From assembly GCA_033764955.1 (NCBI GenBank), contig JANRIL010000034.1, positions 1 through 62,434 on the forward strand: a DNA stretch of 62,434 nucleotides. The letters run 5' to 3'. Positions 28,031 to 39,127 of the stretch are shown here, one piece after another (within the stretch, counting starts at the first letter, position 1; each line of letters starts with the position of its first letter). The translations under genes were made by a program, and so were the position numbers. Under the pieces are notes generated by a model that was not told the origin of the DNA, ran no database searches, and saw only the letters and a program-made list of their open reading frames with translations. The stretch comes from Cyanobacteriota bacterium. Lineage in GTDB: Bacteria > Cyanobacteriota > Cyanobacteriia > Thermostichales > Thermostichaceae.

Positions 28031-29305
28031 TCAAACCGACAGAGGAACCCGTCCATAAACCTTTGATAACACCCGCCCTACGGCAGCAATCCCCTGTTCA
28101 ATCGCCTCCATCGTTGCGGTTAAACTAATGCGGATACATTGGTGCTTGTGGGGCCAGTCCTCCTCCAATCCGGGGAAGAAGGAGGATCCGGGGACTACCA
28201 CCACTTTTTCTGTTTTGATCGCCTGATAGAGATCCCAATCGCTGATCGGCAGATCGGCTAACCACAACCAGGCAAATAAACCCCCTTCTGCTTTGTGGAG
28301 ATACCACGGCAGATCCGCTGGCAGCTCTCGATCTACAGCCGCCTCTAAGCGGGCAAACTTGGCTAGATAGTGAGGTTTGATCACCTGATCGGAAAGGCGA
28401 GCCAACTCCCCGGACGCAATCGCTTGGGCCGCAATCGCCTGTCCAAACCGTGACGAATGAATACTGGCATTGGCTTGAAATGCCTCCATCGCCTTCAGAT
28501 ATTTTTCCTGACCGATGGCAATACCAATCCGCTCTCCCGGCAGACCCGCCTTCGACAAACTCAGGCAATGAATGACATTTTCTGCCCAAATGGGTTGCAT
28601 CGGCGCAAACACCAAGTTGGGAAAGGGCAGGGCATAGGCCGAGTCAATCAGCACCGGGATCCCATGAGGTTCCGCCATCGCCAAAATCTGTTGCACTTCC
28701 TGATCCGTCAAAACATTGCCCGTCGGGTTACAGGGACGGGAAAACAAAACGGCTCCTGTGCTGCCATCAATCTGTAGCTGGTCAAAATCAGGCCGATATT
28801 TGAAGCGGTGGGATCCCAGCATCTCCAGCTTGGGCTTGTAACTGACCAGGGCGTCTTCCGTGAGCATGACACTGCCATAGCCCGTGTAGTCGGGGCTGAG
28901 GGGCAATACCACCGAGCGCAGAGATCCGGCGGGATCCCGTCCCCCGAAGGCATTGGCCGCATAAAAATAGATGCTTTGGCTGCCGGGGGTAATCAAAATA
29001 TTACGGCGGGTGATCCCCCAGCCGTAGTGCTGATTAAACCAGTTGACCACTGCTTCAATTAAGGGTTCATAGCCCTGGGTCACCCCGTAGCGGCAGACCA
29101 CCTCCCCAAAATCAGGACTTGCCGCCAACTGCTGGGTATAGCCTCGCCACATTTCCACCACCTCCGGCAAGAGGACGGGATTGCCCGCGCTTAAGTTAAT
29201 CCAATCGGCTGCCGCCCCAGACTGAAGAGTTTCCACGATGTCTTTCATAATGGCGCGTACTCCGGTCAGCCGCGACATCCGCAGACCTATCTGAGTCAGT
29301 GACAT
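28031..29305 (-). CDS. avtA: Valine--pyruvate aminotransferase
   Basis: GVRAIMKDI, NLSAGNP, SRPCNPTGNV, SLSKAGLPGERIG. Confidence 0.88.
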   Translation of the reverse strand: MSLTQIGLRMSRLTGVRAIMKDIVETLQSGAAADWINLSAGNPVLLPEVVEMWRGYTQQLAASPDFGEVVCRYGVTQGYEPLIEAVVNWFNQHYGWGITRRNILITPGSQSIYFYAANAFGGRDPAGSLRSVVLPLSPDYTGYGSVMLTEDALVSYKPKLEMLGSHRFKYRPDFDQLQIDGSTGAVLFSRPCNPTGNVLTDQEVQQILAMAEPHGIPVLIDSAYALPFPNLVFAPMQPIWAENVIHCLSLSKAGLPGERIGIAIGQEKYLKAMEAFQANASIHSSRFGQAIAAQAIASGELARLSDQVIKPHYLAKFARLEAAVDRELPADLPWYLHKAEGGLFAWLWLADLPISDWDLYQAIKTEKVVVVPGSSFFPGLEEDWPHKHQCIRISLTATMEAIEQGIAAVGRVLSKVYGRVPLSV

Positions 29306-29360
29306 AGGGGAGATCCTTCGTGATGAGTGTTCCCAGTTTAAGCCATCCGGTTGGGATCCC

Positions 29361-30698
29361 CTATCCGCCGGTAGCGGGGTGGAACAAAGCCCGCCCCGTC
29401 AGAGAAAAGGCGCGAGTGGCGGTGATCTCCACCGGAACCAGGCAACCGTGCCACTGGGTCAGGGATCCCTCAAAAAAGACCAGGCGATTGCCGCGAGTTC
29501 GCCCCATCACTTGAGCCGGATTTTTGGGGTTTTGGCCTTCCACCAAGACCTCCACCTGCTGTCCGGCATAGCGAGCGCTGCGGGCGGCAGCCACCTGAGC
29601 CACACAATGGTTCAGCCGTTGCAGTCGATCCGATTTTTCGGCTTCGCTGACCTGATCCGACCAATTGGCGGCGGGAGTGCCCGGACGGGGGGAATACGCC
29701 GCTGTGTTGACCAGATCAAACCCCACTTCCTCCACCAAGCGCAGCGTCTCTTGGAACTGCTCCTCGCTTTCTCCGGGGAAGCCAACGATGGCATCAGCAC
29801 TGATGGAGGCATCGGGCATAAGCTGGCGAATTTGCTCGATGATGGCGCGGTAACGCTCATGGGTATAGCCCCGCCGCATCCGCTTCAATACCTCGTTACT
29901 GCCGGCTTGAAAGGGAATATGAAAGTATTCACAAACCTTGGGTAGTTCAGCACAGGTGGCGATTAGGGCTTCGGTGAAGTAGCGGGGGTGACTGGTGGCA
30001 AAGCGAATCCGCGCAATTCCTGGGATGTCATGGATCTGGCGCAGCAATTCGGCCAGGGTCACCTTGGGATCCAGATCCCGCCCGTAGGCATCAATGTTTT
30101 GCCCCAGCAAGGTGATCTCTTGGTAGCCAGCTTCCGCCAGTTGTTGGACTTCCTGAACAATCGCGTTGGGAGTACGAGATTGTTCCAGACCCCGCACCGC
30201 TGGCACAATACAGTAGGTGCAGTGTTCATTACACCCATAAATCACATTCACCCAGGCGGTAATCTGGCTCTCGCGGCGGGGCTTGGTGATGTCTTCTGGG
30301 ATGCCGGTCGGCTCTGTGGCCACCACTTGTTGTCCGGCCTCCACTTGTGCCAACAAATCCCCCAGGCGATTGACGTATTGCGGCCCCATCACCAGATCCA
30401 CCTCCGGGATCCGCCGCAGCAAGCGCTCCCCCTCCTGTTGCGCCACACATCCCGCCACCACGATTTTGAGGGCAGGATTGAGGCGTTTACGCTCCGCTTG
30501 GATACCGAGATAGGAATACACCTTTTGTTCGGCGTTGTCGCGGATCGTGCAGGTGTTATAGAGCACGAGATCCGCCTGTTCGGGATCCCCGACGTAGCAG
30601 TAGCCCAAGGACTCCAGCACCCCTGACAGGCGCTCCGAGTCAGCGCGATTCATTTGACAACCAAAGGTGATGGTGTGGTAAGTGGGGGCAGCGGTCAT
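29361..30698 (-). CDS. miaB: tRNA methylthiotransferase MiaB
   Basis: [14 protein letters not shown] radical SAM motif, TRAM domain. Confidence 0.96.
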   Translation of the reverse strand: MTAAPTYHTITFGCQMNRADSERLSGVLESLGYCYVGDPEQADLVLYNTCTIRDNAEQKVYSYLGIQAERKRLNPALKIVVAGCVAQQEGERLLRRIPEVDLVMGPQYVNRLGDLLAQVEAGQQVVATEPTGIPEDITKPRRESQITAWVNVIYGCNEHCTYCIVPAVRGLEQSRTPNAIVQEVQQLAEAGYQEITLLGQNIDAYGRDLDPKVTLAELLRQIHDIPGIARIRFATSHPRYFTEALIATCAELPKVCEYFHIPFQAGSNEVLKRMRRGYTHERYRAIIEQIRQLMPDASISADAIVGFPGESEEQFQETLRLVEEVGFDLVNTAAYSPRPGTPAANWSDQVSEAEKSDRLQRLNHCVAQVAAARSARYAGQQVEVLVEGQNPKNPAQVMGRTRGNRLVFFEGSLTQWHGCLVPVEITATRAFSLTGRALFHPATGG

Positions 30699-30795
30699 GG
30701 TCGGATAGTGGCAAAGGCGATATCTAGCTTAACCTTGTCCAAGCTTGAAAAAGCAGTATTGAAAAAGCAGGGTGAAAAAAAGCGGTGCGGCGGGA

Positions 30796-31875
30796 TCAGG
30801 GGGTAGCGGGTCGGGTTGGGGAGCTGAGTTGTGCCACTGTATTTGATCCGTTTGAGCCACTCAAAACATCGATTTCAAAGGTTTGCCGCTCGCCCCGATA
30901 GTTGGCAGGTAAGGGGGCAAAGGGGGCGGCTCGCTGAATCGAACTGAGCACGGCGGCATCCACTAACGGATCCCCAGAGGGGGTGGTTAGGTCTAACTGC
31001 TGAAGCTGACCGGAGCGGTTGAGGGTGAGGCGGACGACGGTAACATAGGCGTGGTCGGCATTCTGAATCAGCCAGGTTTTCTCCACTTCTTCTTGCAGTT
31101 GAGCCAGATAGCTTCCCCAGGTGACATCCGCCTGTGCCGCCAGTTTTACCTCTCCGGCTAACTGGCTTTGGGTTTGGGCGAACCCCACGGTCTGCCCCCC
31201 ATGACCGGATCCCTTTTCAAGAGGCGCAGGAGGAAAAAGGGGAGTGGGTGGAGGGGTTGCTTTGACGATGGGCAGAGGGGTTGCTTTGACGGCTTTGACG
31301 ACGGGTAGAGGGGTGGGCAAGGGCTGTTGCAGTTGGCTGAGGTGGTGTCGATAAGCCATTAGTTCTGCCTGTCGTTCTGGCTCGACCCGTAACATCTGTT
31401 CCGTAATAGCCAGAGCTGCCTGCCAGTTTTGCTTTTCTACGGCTGTTTCCAGTTGATTGAAGAGGGGTGGTGACGGCTGTCCACCGCTAGCCAGAGGCAG
31501 GACATCCGGTTGGGGTTTTCCTGAGGGTTGGCTATGGTTTTGGGCGCGCACCACGGGTTCGGGAGGGGGATCCAAAAGGGGAGCGGCATCCACCAAACGA
31601 AAGGGTAAGTAGGAGGTGATCACCTCAGGGGCGGGCGGCGCAGGAATCTTAGCGAATAGTAAGCCCAAGACCAGCCCATGAATACCCAAGGATCCCGCTA
31701 GGGGAAGGAGCCAGTGGGTGGATTGCCGCTGCTGGAGCCGTTGCCGTTGTTCTATCCATGCGGCCTGATCCGTCTCGGAATAGGACAAAGGATCCTTTTC
31801 CACTCTAGTATCCTTGTCTAGCAACAAGGCGTCGCTATCGTGATCCATCTCCCGATCCATGCAACCGATACCCAC
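30796..31875 (-). CDS. TonB/TolA C-terminal domain protein
   Basis: TM helix with SxxxH, Pro-rich linker, SGDPLVD...AAPFAPLP. Confidence 0.75.
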   Translation of the reverse strand: MGIGCMDREMDHDSDALLLDKDTRVEKDPLSYSETDQAAWIEQRQRLQQRQSTHWLLPLAGSLGIHGLVLGLLFAKIPAPPAPEVITSYLPFRLVDAAPLLDPPPEPVVRAQNHSQPSGKPQPDVLPLASGGQPSPPLFNQLETAVEKQNWQAALAITEQMLRVEPERQAELMAYRHHLSQLQQPLPTPLPVVKAVKATPLPIVKATPPPTPLFPPAPLEKGSGHGGQTVGFAQTQSQLAGEVKLAAQADVTWGSYLAQLQEEVEKTWLIQNADHAYVTVVRLTLNRSGQLQQLDLTTPSGDPLVDAAVLSSIQRAAPFAPLPANYRGERQTFEIDVLSGSNGSNTVAQLSSPTRPATP

Positions 31876-31926
31876 GTGAAAGGGATCCCTGTCACACTAT
31901 ACCCGCAACGATTTGAGAGGCACCCG

Positions 31927-32331
31927 CTAGCCTTGTTTTTTGATGCGGTTTAATTCGGCTTGCAACTGATCAATTTTTTGTCTGAGATGGGCGGCCTCCG
32001 TCAGGGCGAGGGCTGTGGCCTCCGGATCGGGATCCCCGTCTCCCATATCATCAATCGTGATTTTGCGAGGACCATTGGCAGATGCTTTGTCATTAGCGGT
32101 TTGCTGATTTGGCTTGGCCGGGGCTTGCGCCAGTAAATTGTCCATATAGGCACGAGCCTCTTCCGCGCTCATGGCTCCCCGCTCCACCAGCTCATCAACT
32201 AGACCTTGAGCTTGCTTGCGAAGTCCCCCCAACTGGGCGGCTAGAGACGTAGCCTTGTCTGCTGCCAAAGAAGCAATACCCATACCCAGGTAAAGTGCTT
32301 TTTGGGCAAAGCTGGTGAGGGGATTTTCCAT
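31927..32331 (-). CDS. Phasin-family-like protein
   Basis: KALYLGMGIAS...LVDELVERGAMSAEEAR. Confidence 0.7.
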   Translation of the reverse strand: MENPLTSFAQKALYLGMGIASLAADKATSLAAQLGGLRKQAQGLVDELVERGAMSAEEARAYMDNLLAQAPAKPNQQTANDKASANGPRKITIDDMGDGDPDPEATALALTEAAHLRQKIDQLQAELNRIKKQG

Positions 32332-32534
32332 AAATCTCTTGAGAAATCAGGCGACCCGGGCAATCGCGCCTGCCCAAAGCATCCCGTAGTGCTGCTACCT
32401 TCCGGTTCTGACACGGTTTGGGCGTTTAAGCCGCACGGACCCAGGTCTCTATGTAGCCTAACATTTTTTTGGGATAGGCAAGTTAGGCATACTATAAACC
32501 CTGAGGTTGCTTTGGTTTGTCGAGGGGTTGGCCT

Positions 32535-33272
32535 CTAGGGAGCACCAAAAACCTGCACCCAGTAATGGGTATAGTTAACGCTGCCCGTGTCGTTAGCTAG
32601 GTAATAGTAGCCCACCCCAATATGTTTGTAGTTGGGGTTCAAGATGTTGGCGCGATGACCTGAGCTATTCATCCATCCTTGAACAACCGCTTGGGGAGTC
32701 GTATATCCGGCGGCAATGTTTTCGCCGACATAACCAGAGGGATATCCGGCTCGCTGGGCACGAGTGGCGGGGCTGGATCCATCTTTTCCTGTGTGGCTGA
32801 AGTAATCTTTGAGAGCCATATCTTGAGCATGGCTTTGGGCCGCCTGGGTCAAACTACTCTGAACTGTTAAAGGCGCTAACCCCGCTTTTTGTCGCTCTTG
32901 ATTGGTCAGATTCACCACCTCTTGGGCAAAGGTATTGTTGGGATTGCTGGTGGGAGAAGGGCTAGGTTGGGAGGTGGGATTGGGGGTGGGGCGGCGGCTA
33001 GGGCGGGGAAAGGGGCGCCGCCATAGTTGGCTACTTTCTGCCTGGGTGGGGGCTTCTTGGCTGGGGGTGACGGGCGCAGGCAGGGGAGCCGTCTCGGCGT
33101 TAGTCACGTCAGGGTTGTCAAAAGTAGAGGAGGTCGGTGGGGCAGAGGCACAGCCAACTACCAACATTAAAGACAAGAGAGGACTCAACCAAAAGCCAGT
33201 GGAAGGAAAACGATTATGGTTCATACCCATCACTCCGAAAACCTCAGCGTTCATTAGGATTATGATCATCAC
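32535..33272 (-). CDS. CAP/SCP-domain protein (lipoprotein-like)
   Basis: FSHTG, GENIAAG, WMNSSGHRANIL, YWVQVF. Confidence 0.9.
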   Translation of the reverse strand: MMIIILMNAEVFGVMGMNHNRFPSTGFWLSPLLSLMLVVGCASAPPTSSTFDNPDVTNAETAPLPAPVTPSQEAPTQAESSQLWRRPFPRPSRRPTPNPTSQPSPSPTSNPNNTFAQEVVNLTNQERQKAGLAPLTVQSSLTQAAQSHAQDMALKDYFSHTGKDGSSPATRAQRAGYPSGYVGENIAAGYTTPQAVVQGWMNSSGHRANILNPNYKHIGVGYYYLANDTGSVNYTHYWVQVFGAP

Positions 33273-33491
33273 AACCTATGCCCTCACTCTACTGCTCATC
33301 CTGAGGCCACATGGAGAAGGTTTAGATTGTGACCAGTATTTATCTCTTCAGTTCAGATCCGAGTGATGGTGACGGCAATCGGCAGGAGATCTTGATCAGC
33401 CGTCCACTTCCCATTGAAAGAAACGTCCTCTGTCAGCCATATGAAGGCAGGGGATCAACCGTAAGACTAATCTTCATTCCACTAGCTTTGG

Positions 33492-34790
33492 CTACAAGCT
33501 AGGCTCCAACAAAACAAACAAAAATTCTTCCAGAGCCGATAAATAAGCCAACACTTGATCGGTTGCTTCCGGTAGCGCTAGGGAATTCAATTGAGCGGCT
33601 TTTTCTATCAGAGTTTGCACTGGGATAGAGCCGTTCAATAGTAAATGTAACCACGGCAATTTATCTGCTGGAATGGTGAGCACTCCTCGATTGGAGTAAC
33701 CCCAGTTAATCGTGAAATCAAGTTTTTTCTCAACCGCTTCCTTGAACCGCTGGTGAAATGGTTTATTTTGAATCAACACAGGATTAAGCTGAACGGATCC
33801 GTTTAGCCAATCGTCGTCTGCCCACGGCAAGATAAAAGAGGAGCCACGCTGCTCTGCCCAAAAATCAATCAGTCGATGATTGGGAGCAGTTAATTCATAG
33901 AGATGAAGCTGATCAGCCAGACTGAGGTTGGCTAAGGACTGCTGCACAAATTCAGGAACCTGGTTAAAAAGCGACTCAATTTGCCAGCTAGGGGCATCCA
34001 CTAAACTGACCATATCCAAACCAGCCTGCCGCAATAAATTAAAAGTTTCGGGGATAGAAAACCCCTTATCATGCTCCAATAAGTAGTTATTCATAATAAT
34101 GGTGTTATCTCGATAAAACGCGGGATCCCAGGCTTTGCGCCGCGGGTTATCGGGAATTAAGCTTTCCATAAATAATTTGACGTTGCCAGCCGCTTCAAAC
34201 CGTGAAATTTGATATTGACCCAACAGCCCAAAGGCTTCCTGCATTTCTAGCTTTTCACGACGAGTATATAGATTGTGTAGGTTAGTTCTAAGGATGCCAT
34301 CGGGCTTGAGGATCTTACCAAATACTTGGAGGGCTGCTAATGGGGAGTCTAGTAAGTAAATAACATCATTACAACTAATAAAGTCAAATTGGATCCCTAA
34401 CTGCTCTAGATCTAACAAATCCAATGCGTAAAATTCTGTATTGAGATAGCCGTGATAGCGCAAGCGTTGCTCCGCTATTTTGACCGAAGTGGGAGAAAGA
34501 TCAACCCCTATAATTTTGGCTCCAGGATTGGCTTCAGCCAGCAGTAAAGTTTCCCAGCCAGAACCACATCCTGCATTTAACAAAACGGCTCCTTCGGTCT
34601 CGACAATTTGGCGAGTGCGGGCGTATTGAGCCACCATTAACGACACCTTAAAGGCTTCTCCATAACCCCCTTCTGCTTCGCTCGGAGATAGGGAATAGGG
34701 GGCATTTGGGTAGGGCAGTTCGTCGTAAAATTGCCTAAGCTGATCGGCTGTATGGGTTGGGGAAGAAGCCGCCATGTTCCGTTTCTCCAA
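33492..34790 (-). CDS. Class I SAM-dependent methyltransferase
   Basis: LNAGCGSG, GVDLS, FDFI. Confidence 0.85.
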   Translation of the reverse strand: MEKRNMAASSPTHTADQLRQFYDELPYPNAPYSLSPSEAEGGYGEAFKVSLMVAQYARTRQIVETEGAVLLNAGCGSGWETLLLAEANPGAKIIGVDLSPTSVKIAEQRLRYHGYLNTEFYALDLLDLEQLGIQFDFISCNDVIYLLDSPLAALQVFGKILKPDGILRTNLHNLYTRREKLEMQEAFGLLGQYQISRFEAAGNVKLFMESLIPDNPRRKAWDPAFYRDNTIIMNNYLLEHDKGFSIPETFNLLRQAGLDMVSLVDAPSWQIESLFNQVPEFVQQSLANLSLADQLHLYELTAPNHRLIDFWAEQRGSSFILPWADDDWLNGSVQLNPVLIQNKPFHQRFKEAVEKKLDFTINWGYSNRGVLTIPADKLPWLHLLLNGSIPVQTLIEKAAQLNSLALPEATDQVLAYLSALEEFLFVLLEPSL

Positions 34791-34822
34791 CTTGATCTCG
34801 TATTCTAATAAAGTGTAGTCTA

Positions 34823-35695
34823 TTGCTTCTCACTCACGATATGGCTAATCATGGGTTTCGTGAACGGGTTGGGTCATCGGCTCTCCTGTCAGCCCTGCGC
34901 TCTGCCGGCATCCCCGCCCTGATCATGGTGGGATCCCTGGTGGGGGTCGTCACCCTGCAAATGCCCCTAGTACAGCAGGTCAAAGAACCGGATCCCAATG
35001 AAGAGATCACTCGTTTTAACCAAAGCACGGCTCTAGCCTCCGTTCTACAGGGATTGGGTTATGGCAATTTGGCTTCTGGCTGGCTGTGGTTGGAGTTTAT
35101 TCAGTATTACGGAGATGTGCGAATCCGCTCTCAAAAAGGCTACGACCTGGCGGATGACTATCTCGACAAGATGACCCAGGCAGATCCGCGCTTTTTGTTG
35201 GCTTATCGCATCGCCAGCTTGGTTTTGGCCTATCGGGCGGCGGAACCGGATGAGGCGGTGGCTCTTTTGGATCGGGCAACCCAGTACATCACCCCCGACT
35301 GGATCCCTGAGGAAGCCTGGAAACTCTACGTGGATCGCGCCCTCCTCAATTTCTTGTTTCTTGGGGATCCCGAAGCGGCCAAACAGGACTATTTCAAGGC
35401 GGCGGAATGGTATGAAAAACTTTATCCCGGCTATGGTAACCAATGGCGAGATCTGGGGGAAAGCCTTGCCAACAAAGAGCATATTGATCGGATTCGTTTT
35501 GATGTGTGGATGAGCGTGTTTAATGCTTCCGATGACCCCGAAACCCGCGAGTTTGTTTTTCAAGAGTTGCTCAAACTGGGTCGTGTGGTGCGCTTACCCA
35601 GCGGAGAAATGCGCCTCGTTCCTCCCCCGTTGCCCGGAGAACTTACCCCGCCAACCGAGACTCCTTTGCCGGAGCAGGCTGCCCCGGACCCCTAA
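34823..35695 (+). CDS. Conserved hypothetical protein, N-terminal TM, helical-repeat-like
   Basis: GYGNLASGWLWLEFIQYYGD; intact ORF. Confidence 0.7.
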   Translation: MLLTHDMANHGFRERVGSSALLSALRSAGIPALIMVGSLVGVVTLQMPLVQQVKEPDPNEEITRFNQSTALASVLQGLGYGNLASGWLWLEFIQYYGDVRIRSQKGYDLADDYLDKMTQADPRFLLAYRIASLVLAYRAAEPDEAVALLDRATQYITPDWIPEEAWKLYVDRALLNFLFLGDPEAAKQDYFKAAEWYEKLYPGYGNQWRDLGESLANKEHIDRIRFDVWMSVFNASDDPETREFVFQELLKLGRVVRLPSGEMRLVPPPLPGELTPPTETPLPEQAAPDP

Positions 35696-35713
35696 AAGCA
35701 GCAACCCTGCGAA

Positions 35714-37813
35714 TTATAGGGATCCCATCTCCAAAGGCTCTGATCGAGGGGGATCAACCGATCCCTCTGAAGCCACAGGTTTCTGAGCAGGCAGAGTAAA
35801 GTTGAAGGTGGATTGGCCGCTGTTGTATCCCAACCGATAGCACCAGGCCAGCAGTCGATGCCAAAGACGGGGATAACGAGCCTCTAGCCAGGGACGCAGG
35901 GATCCCGCCAGCCTGGGTAACCAGCCTTCTAACAGGTAGGCCAAGAGTGCGGTCAGGGTAAAGCGAAAATAGGTGGGCAACCAAGCCGCTATGCCTCGCC
36001 AACCCACCGACTGCCAAATCCAAACCAAGATTTGTGGGTTTTGCTGAGCCGCCCGCCAAGCCATCCGGCTAAAGTCGCTCCAACTGGCGCGATCTTTAAT
36101 AAAGTTATCTACTGCTTCCGGCGACTCCTGCCCCAGGATGGCAAAGAAACTGTTGAGCATCGCGTTGATGCGAGCCGGAGGCATGGTTTGACCCGTGGGT
36201 ACCATCATGCCGCGGGAAAACAGCCAAGTGACCGCCGAGTTACCTTGATCCGCCCGCACCCGATGCAGATCGGCAGCCGTCAATAAGTCATGGCGGAGTG
36301 CTGTATCCAAGAGATCCACCAAGCGGGGAGAGTTGCGAACCAATGCCCCAAAACCCGTAAAGCTCAGGGGAGACTGCATTGCCGCCGCATCCCCCACCAG
36401 CCAAACCCGATCCATGCTGTGCTGTGGTTGAGCTGTAGGCAACCCAAAACGACCGGGAATGTAGCCAAAAGTAGCCTTTTTCCACTGCAATTGATCCAGA
36501 TCGCAACGGCGATATTCCGGCAAAATCGTGAAAAAATCCTCGTACATTTCCAGTAGGGATCCTGGATTTTGCGGATTCACTTGGTGATAGTGAAATAAAT
36601 AAAAGGTGAGTTCTTGCCCTGGCCCAGGAAAAAGCTCCCAAATCAACTGGCGACCCCGGCTAATATCTCCATGACTGGCCAAAATATCTCCGACGCTAGA
36701 GTCCCAAACCCCCGGCTCAAATCCCCCTTGAATAACCGCTCCCACCGTCGGACAAACGCTGTCAAAGGCTCGATAGTTGGCTAATTGCTGCGCCACTGGA
36801 GAAGCCGTGCCCATAGCATCTACCAATAGGCGAGAACGGAGATAAAAGGGAGGGGATCCTGCGGTGCGGGGCTGTAGTTGTAGGGTGATCTCGGCATCGC
36901 TCAGATAGGCTGATTGAAACTCTGTCTGATCAAAGATTTTGCCTCCAGCCGCCAGAATCTTTTCACCGCACAAATTGAGCAATTTTTCAGCATCAATGGC
37001 GATGTTGAGTACCGTAGGCGTATGTAACACGGGAGCCTTGACCGGACTATTGCCATCAAAAAACTTATTGAATCCATCCTGATATTCCCGCAAAATTAAG
37101 CTTTCCACCTGACTGCTTGTCAACAAGCCCATGCGAGTCAGGGTTGCGAGTTCCCGTCGAGAAATGTTCCATTCGCGGTTCATCCGACCAAAACTGAGGC
37201 GCTCCACTAGGGCGACTCGATAACCCAGTTGTGCCAGGGCAGCCGCTTGTAGGGATCCCAACGCTCCTCCCACCACCACCACATCCCAGAGGGGATCCTG
37301 AGGGTGAGCTGACTCAGGGGGGGGAGGCTGACGAAAAATGACGGGTTGACGGGGTAGGGATCCCGCTTGGGCTTCCGTGCGCCACCGCTGTTCCCACCAA
37401 TAGACCCGCTCCAGATCTCGCTCTCCATTGGGAATGCGGCGAAAGTAGCGCACCGTCAAGGGGTAGTGGGGTTCTAACGCCTCAAAAATGGAAGCAGCGG
37501 ATCCGTCAATGGCCGGTAAGGGCGGATAGGACGGGGGAAAGTGTTGCTGAATAGCCTGGGTAAACTGATCCAGCCATGCCTGTTGACCGGGAAAGGCTTG
37601 TTCTGACCATTGAAAAATCTTCAGATAAGTGGTGTTGAGAACACTCCAGGTAAAAACCACCAATACCTGAGTTTGCTCATGGTTTTGCCAACGACAGCCG
37701 GTGGGGGTGAGATGTTTTTCTGCCGACAAGAGAGGGATCGCCAGTTGATGCAACCACTGCACAACCTCACCCTGATGACGGGTGGGAATCTCCTGATAGC
37801 TCAGTTCCTTCAT
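35714..37813 (-). CDS. cruA: CruA-type lycopene cyclase (flavoprotein)
   Basis: VGGALG, GRMNREWNISR, GDAAAMQSPLSFTGFG; ~700 aa favours CruA over CruP. Confidence 0.8.
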   Translation of the reverse strand: MKELSYQEIPTRHQGEVVQWLHQLAIPLLSAEKHLTPTGCRWQNHEQTQVLVVFTWSVLNTTYLKIFQWSEQAFPGQQAWLDQFTQAIQQHFPPSYPPLPAIDGSAASIFEALEPHYPLTVRYFRRIPNGERDLERVYWWEQRWRTEAQAGSLPRQPVIFRQPPPPESAHPQDPLWDVVVVGGALGSLQAAALAQLGYRVALVERLSFGRMNREWNISRRELATLTRMGLLTSSQVESLILREYQDGFNKFFDGNSPVKAPVLHTPTVLNIAIDAEKLLNLCGEKILAAGGKIFDQTEFQSAYLSDAEITLQLQPRTAGSPPFYLRSRLLVDAMGTASPVAQQLANYRAFDSVCPTVGAVIQGGFEPGVWDSSVGDILASHGDISRGRQLIWELFPGPGQELTFYLFHYHQVNPQNPGSLLEMYEDFFTILPEYRRCDLDQLQWKKATFGYIPGRFGLPTAQPQHSMDRVWLVGDAAAMQSPLSFTGFGALVRNSPRLVDLLDTALRHDLLTAADLHRVRADQGNSAVTWLFSRGMMVPTGQTMPPARINAMLNSFFAILGQESPEAVDNFIKDRASWSDFSRMAWRAAQQNPQILVWIWQSVGWRGIAAWLPTYFRFTLTALLAYLLEGWLPRLAGSLRPWLEARYPRLWHRLLAWCYRLGYNSGQSTFNFTLPAQKPVASEGSVDPPRSEPLEMGSL

Positions 37814-37992
37814 CCTATTTTCCTGCCAGTGCTATGGGCAAAACCCTTAGCCATTGTGCCATGCCACCCCCAGGCTACTCTAGCCCCGATCCTGCCAATG
37901 CCTTCTCAGTGGAGCTATTGGATGGGGCACCTGTGGTCAATTTTTTCAGGCTTAGCCCAGACCTACCCTATCAACTAACAACCGCATCCCGG

Positions 37993-38958
37993 TCATCCCG
38001 TTGGGCTGAGATTGACTTCCCAAACCAGTTGGGGCTGCACAAAACTGAGCAGTTGCTGGCGAATTTGTTCTAAAATCCGCACCCGCTCAGGGGATCCCTG
38101 TTGCCACCAGTAGTGCTGCCAATAATCCGCTAACCACAACTGACTGGGCACATCCAGAGACTTAGCAATCATCCGCCCTAAGGTCATCGATTCCCTCAGG
38201 GAAGTCGGCCAATGGGTAAGGGATCCCTTAATCTCATCGGGAATGCTCTGCCAGATATCAATGGCGGCTAAGGCTTGACCAGGACTACCCGCGGCGAGGG
38301 AGAGCAAGAGAGGGGAAGGCAGAGATTGATGATGGCTGTCTAAAACCCGTTGCAAATCCTGGAGAGAAAGATGCTGAAAACGAATGATTTGGCAACGAGA
38401 AAGAATCGTCGGCAGCAAATCTGCCACCTGAGAGGTCAGCAGGATCAAAATGGCGTGGGCAGGCTCTTCTAGAGTTTTGAGGAGAGCATTGGCCGCCGCT
38501 TCCGCTAGGGTTTCGGATCCATCCACAATCACGACGGAGTGGGAAGCGCGTAGGGGGGCACGACTGACAAACTGAATGAGGGTCTGAATTTGCTCCAGGC
38601 GAATCTGGGGGGGAGCGCGCCGTTGTAAATCCTGCTGTTGGGCTTCCGAGAGGGTGAGCAGCTTGCCTTGGTGGACATAAGTAGGCTCTAGCCAGAGCAG
38701 ATCAGGATGGTTGTGGTGAATCGCTAGATGACAGGTGCTACAGTCACCGCAGGGAAGGGGAGCAGCGGGATCCCCTTGACAAAGCAAGGCTTGAGCCAGC
38801 CAACCAGCCACCAATCCTTTGCCCACACCAGCCGGGCCCACAAAACAATAGGCCGGGGGTATTCGATCCTGCTGGAGGGCGGACTTCAACAGTTGCAAAG
38901 CAAACGTTTGTCCCAAGACCTGTTGCGGAAGCTGAATACTTTTGCTGACTAACCCCAC
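37993..38958 (-). CDS. holB: DNA polymerase III delta' subunit
   Basis: GPAGVGK, PCGDCSTC, ANALLKTLEEP, TILSRCQ. Confidence 0.92.
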   Translation of the reverse strand: MGLVSKSIQLPQQVLGQTFALQLLKSALQQDRIPPAYCFVGPAGVGKGLVAGWLAQALLCQGDPAAPLPCGDCSTCHLAIHHNHPDLLWLEPTYVHQGKLLTLSEAQQQDLQRRAPPQIRLEQIQTLIQFVSRAPLRASHSVVIVDGSETLAEAAANALLKTLEEPAHAILILLTSQVADLLPTILSRCQIIRFQHLSLQDLQRVLDSHHQSLPSPLLLSLAAGSPGQALAAIDIWQSIPDEIKGSLTHWPTSLRESMTLGRMIAKSLDVPSQLWLADYWQHYWWQQGSPERVRILEQIRQQLLSFVQPQLVWEVNLSPTG

Positions 38959-39127
38959 GCCCCCTCTCCAAAATCTTTAAGCCGAGTTTCTATCTATTTC
39001 TCTCTGTAGACATACTTCGCCATTGGATTCGGATCGATTCCGATCTCATGGTAGCTGCTAGTAGTGAGCGGGCTTGCCAGTGCTGATCGGTGGTCAAAAA
39101 TGATAGAAAGGGATCCTCTCCTTTGGG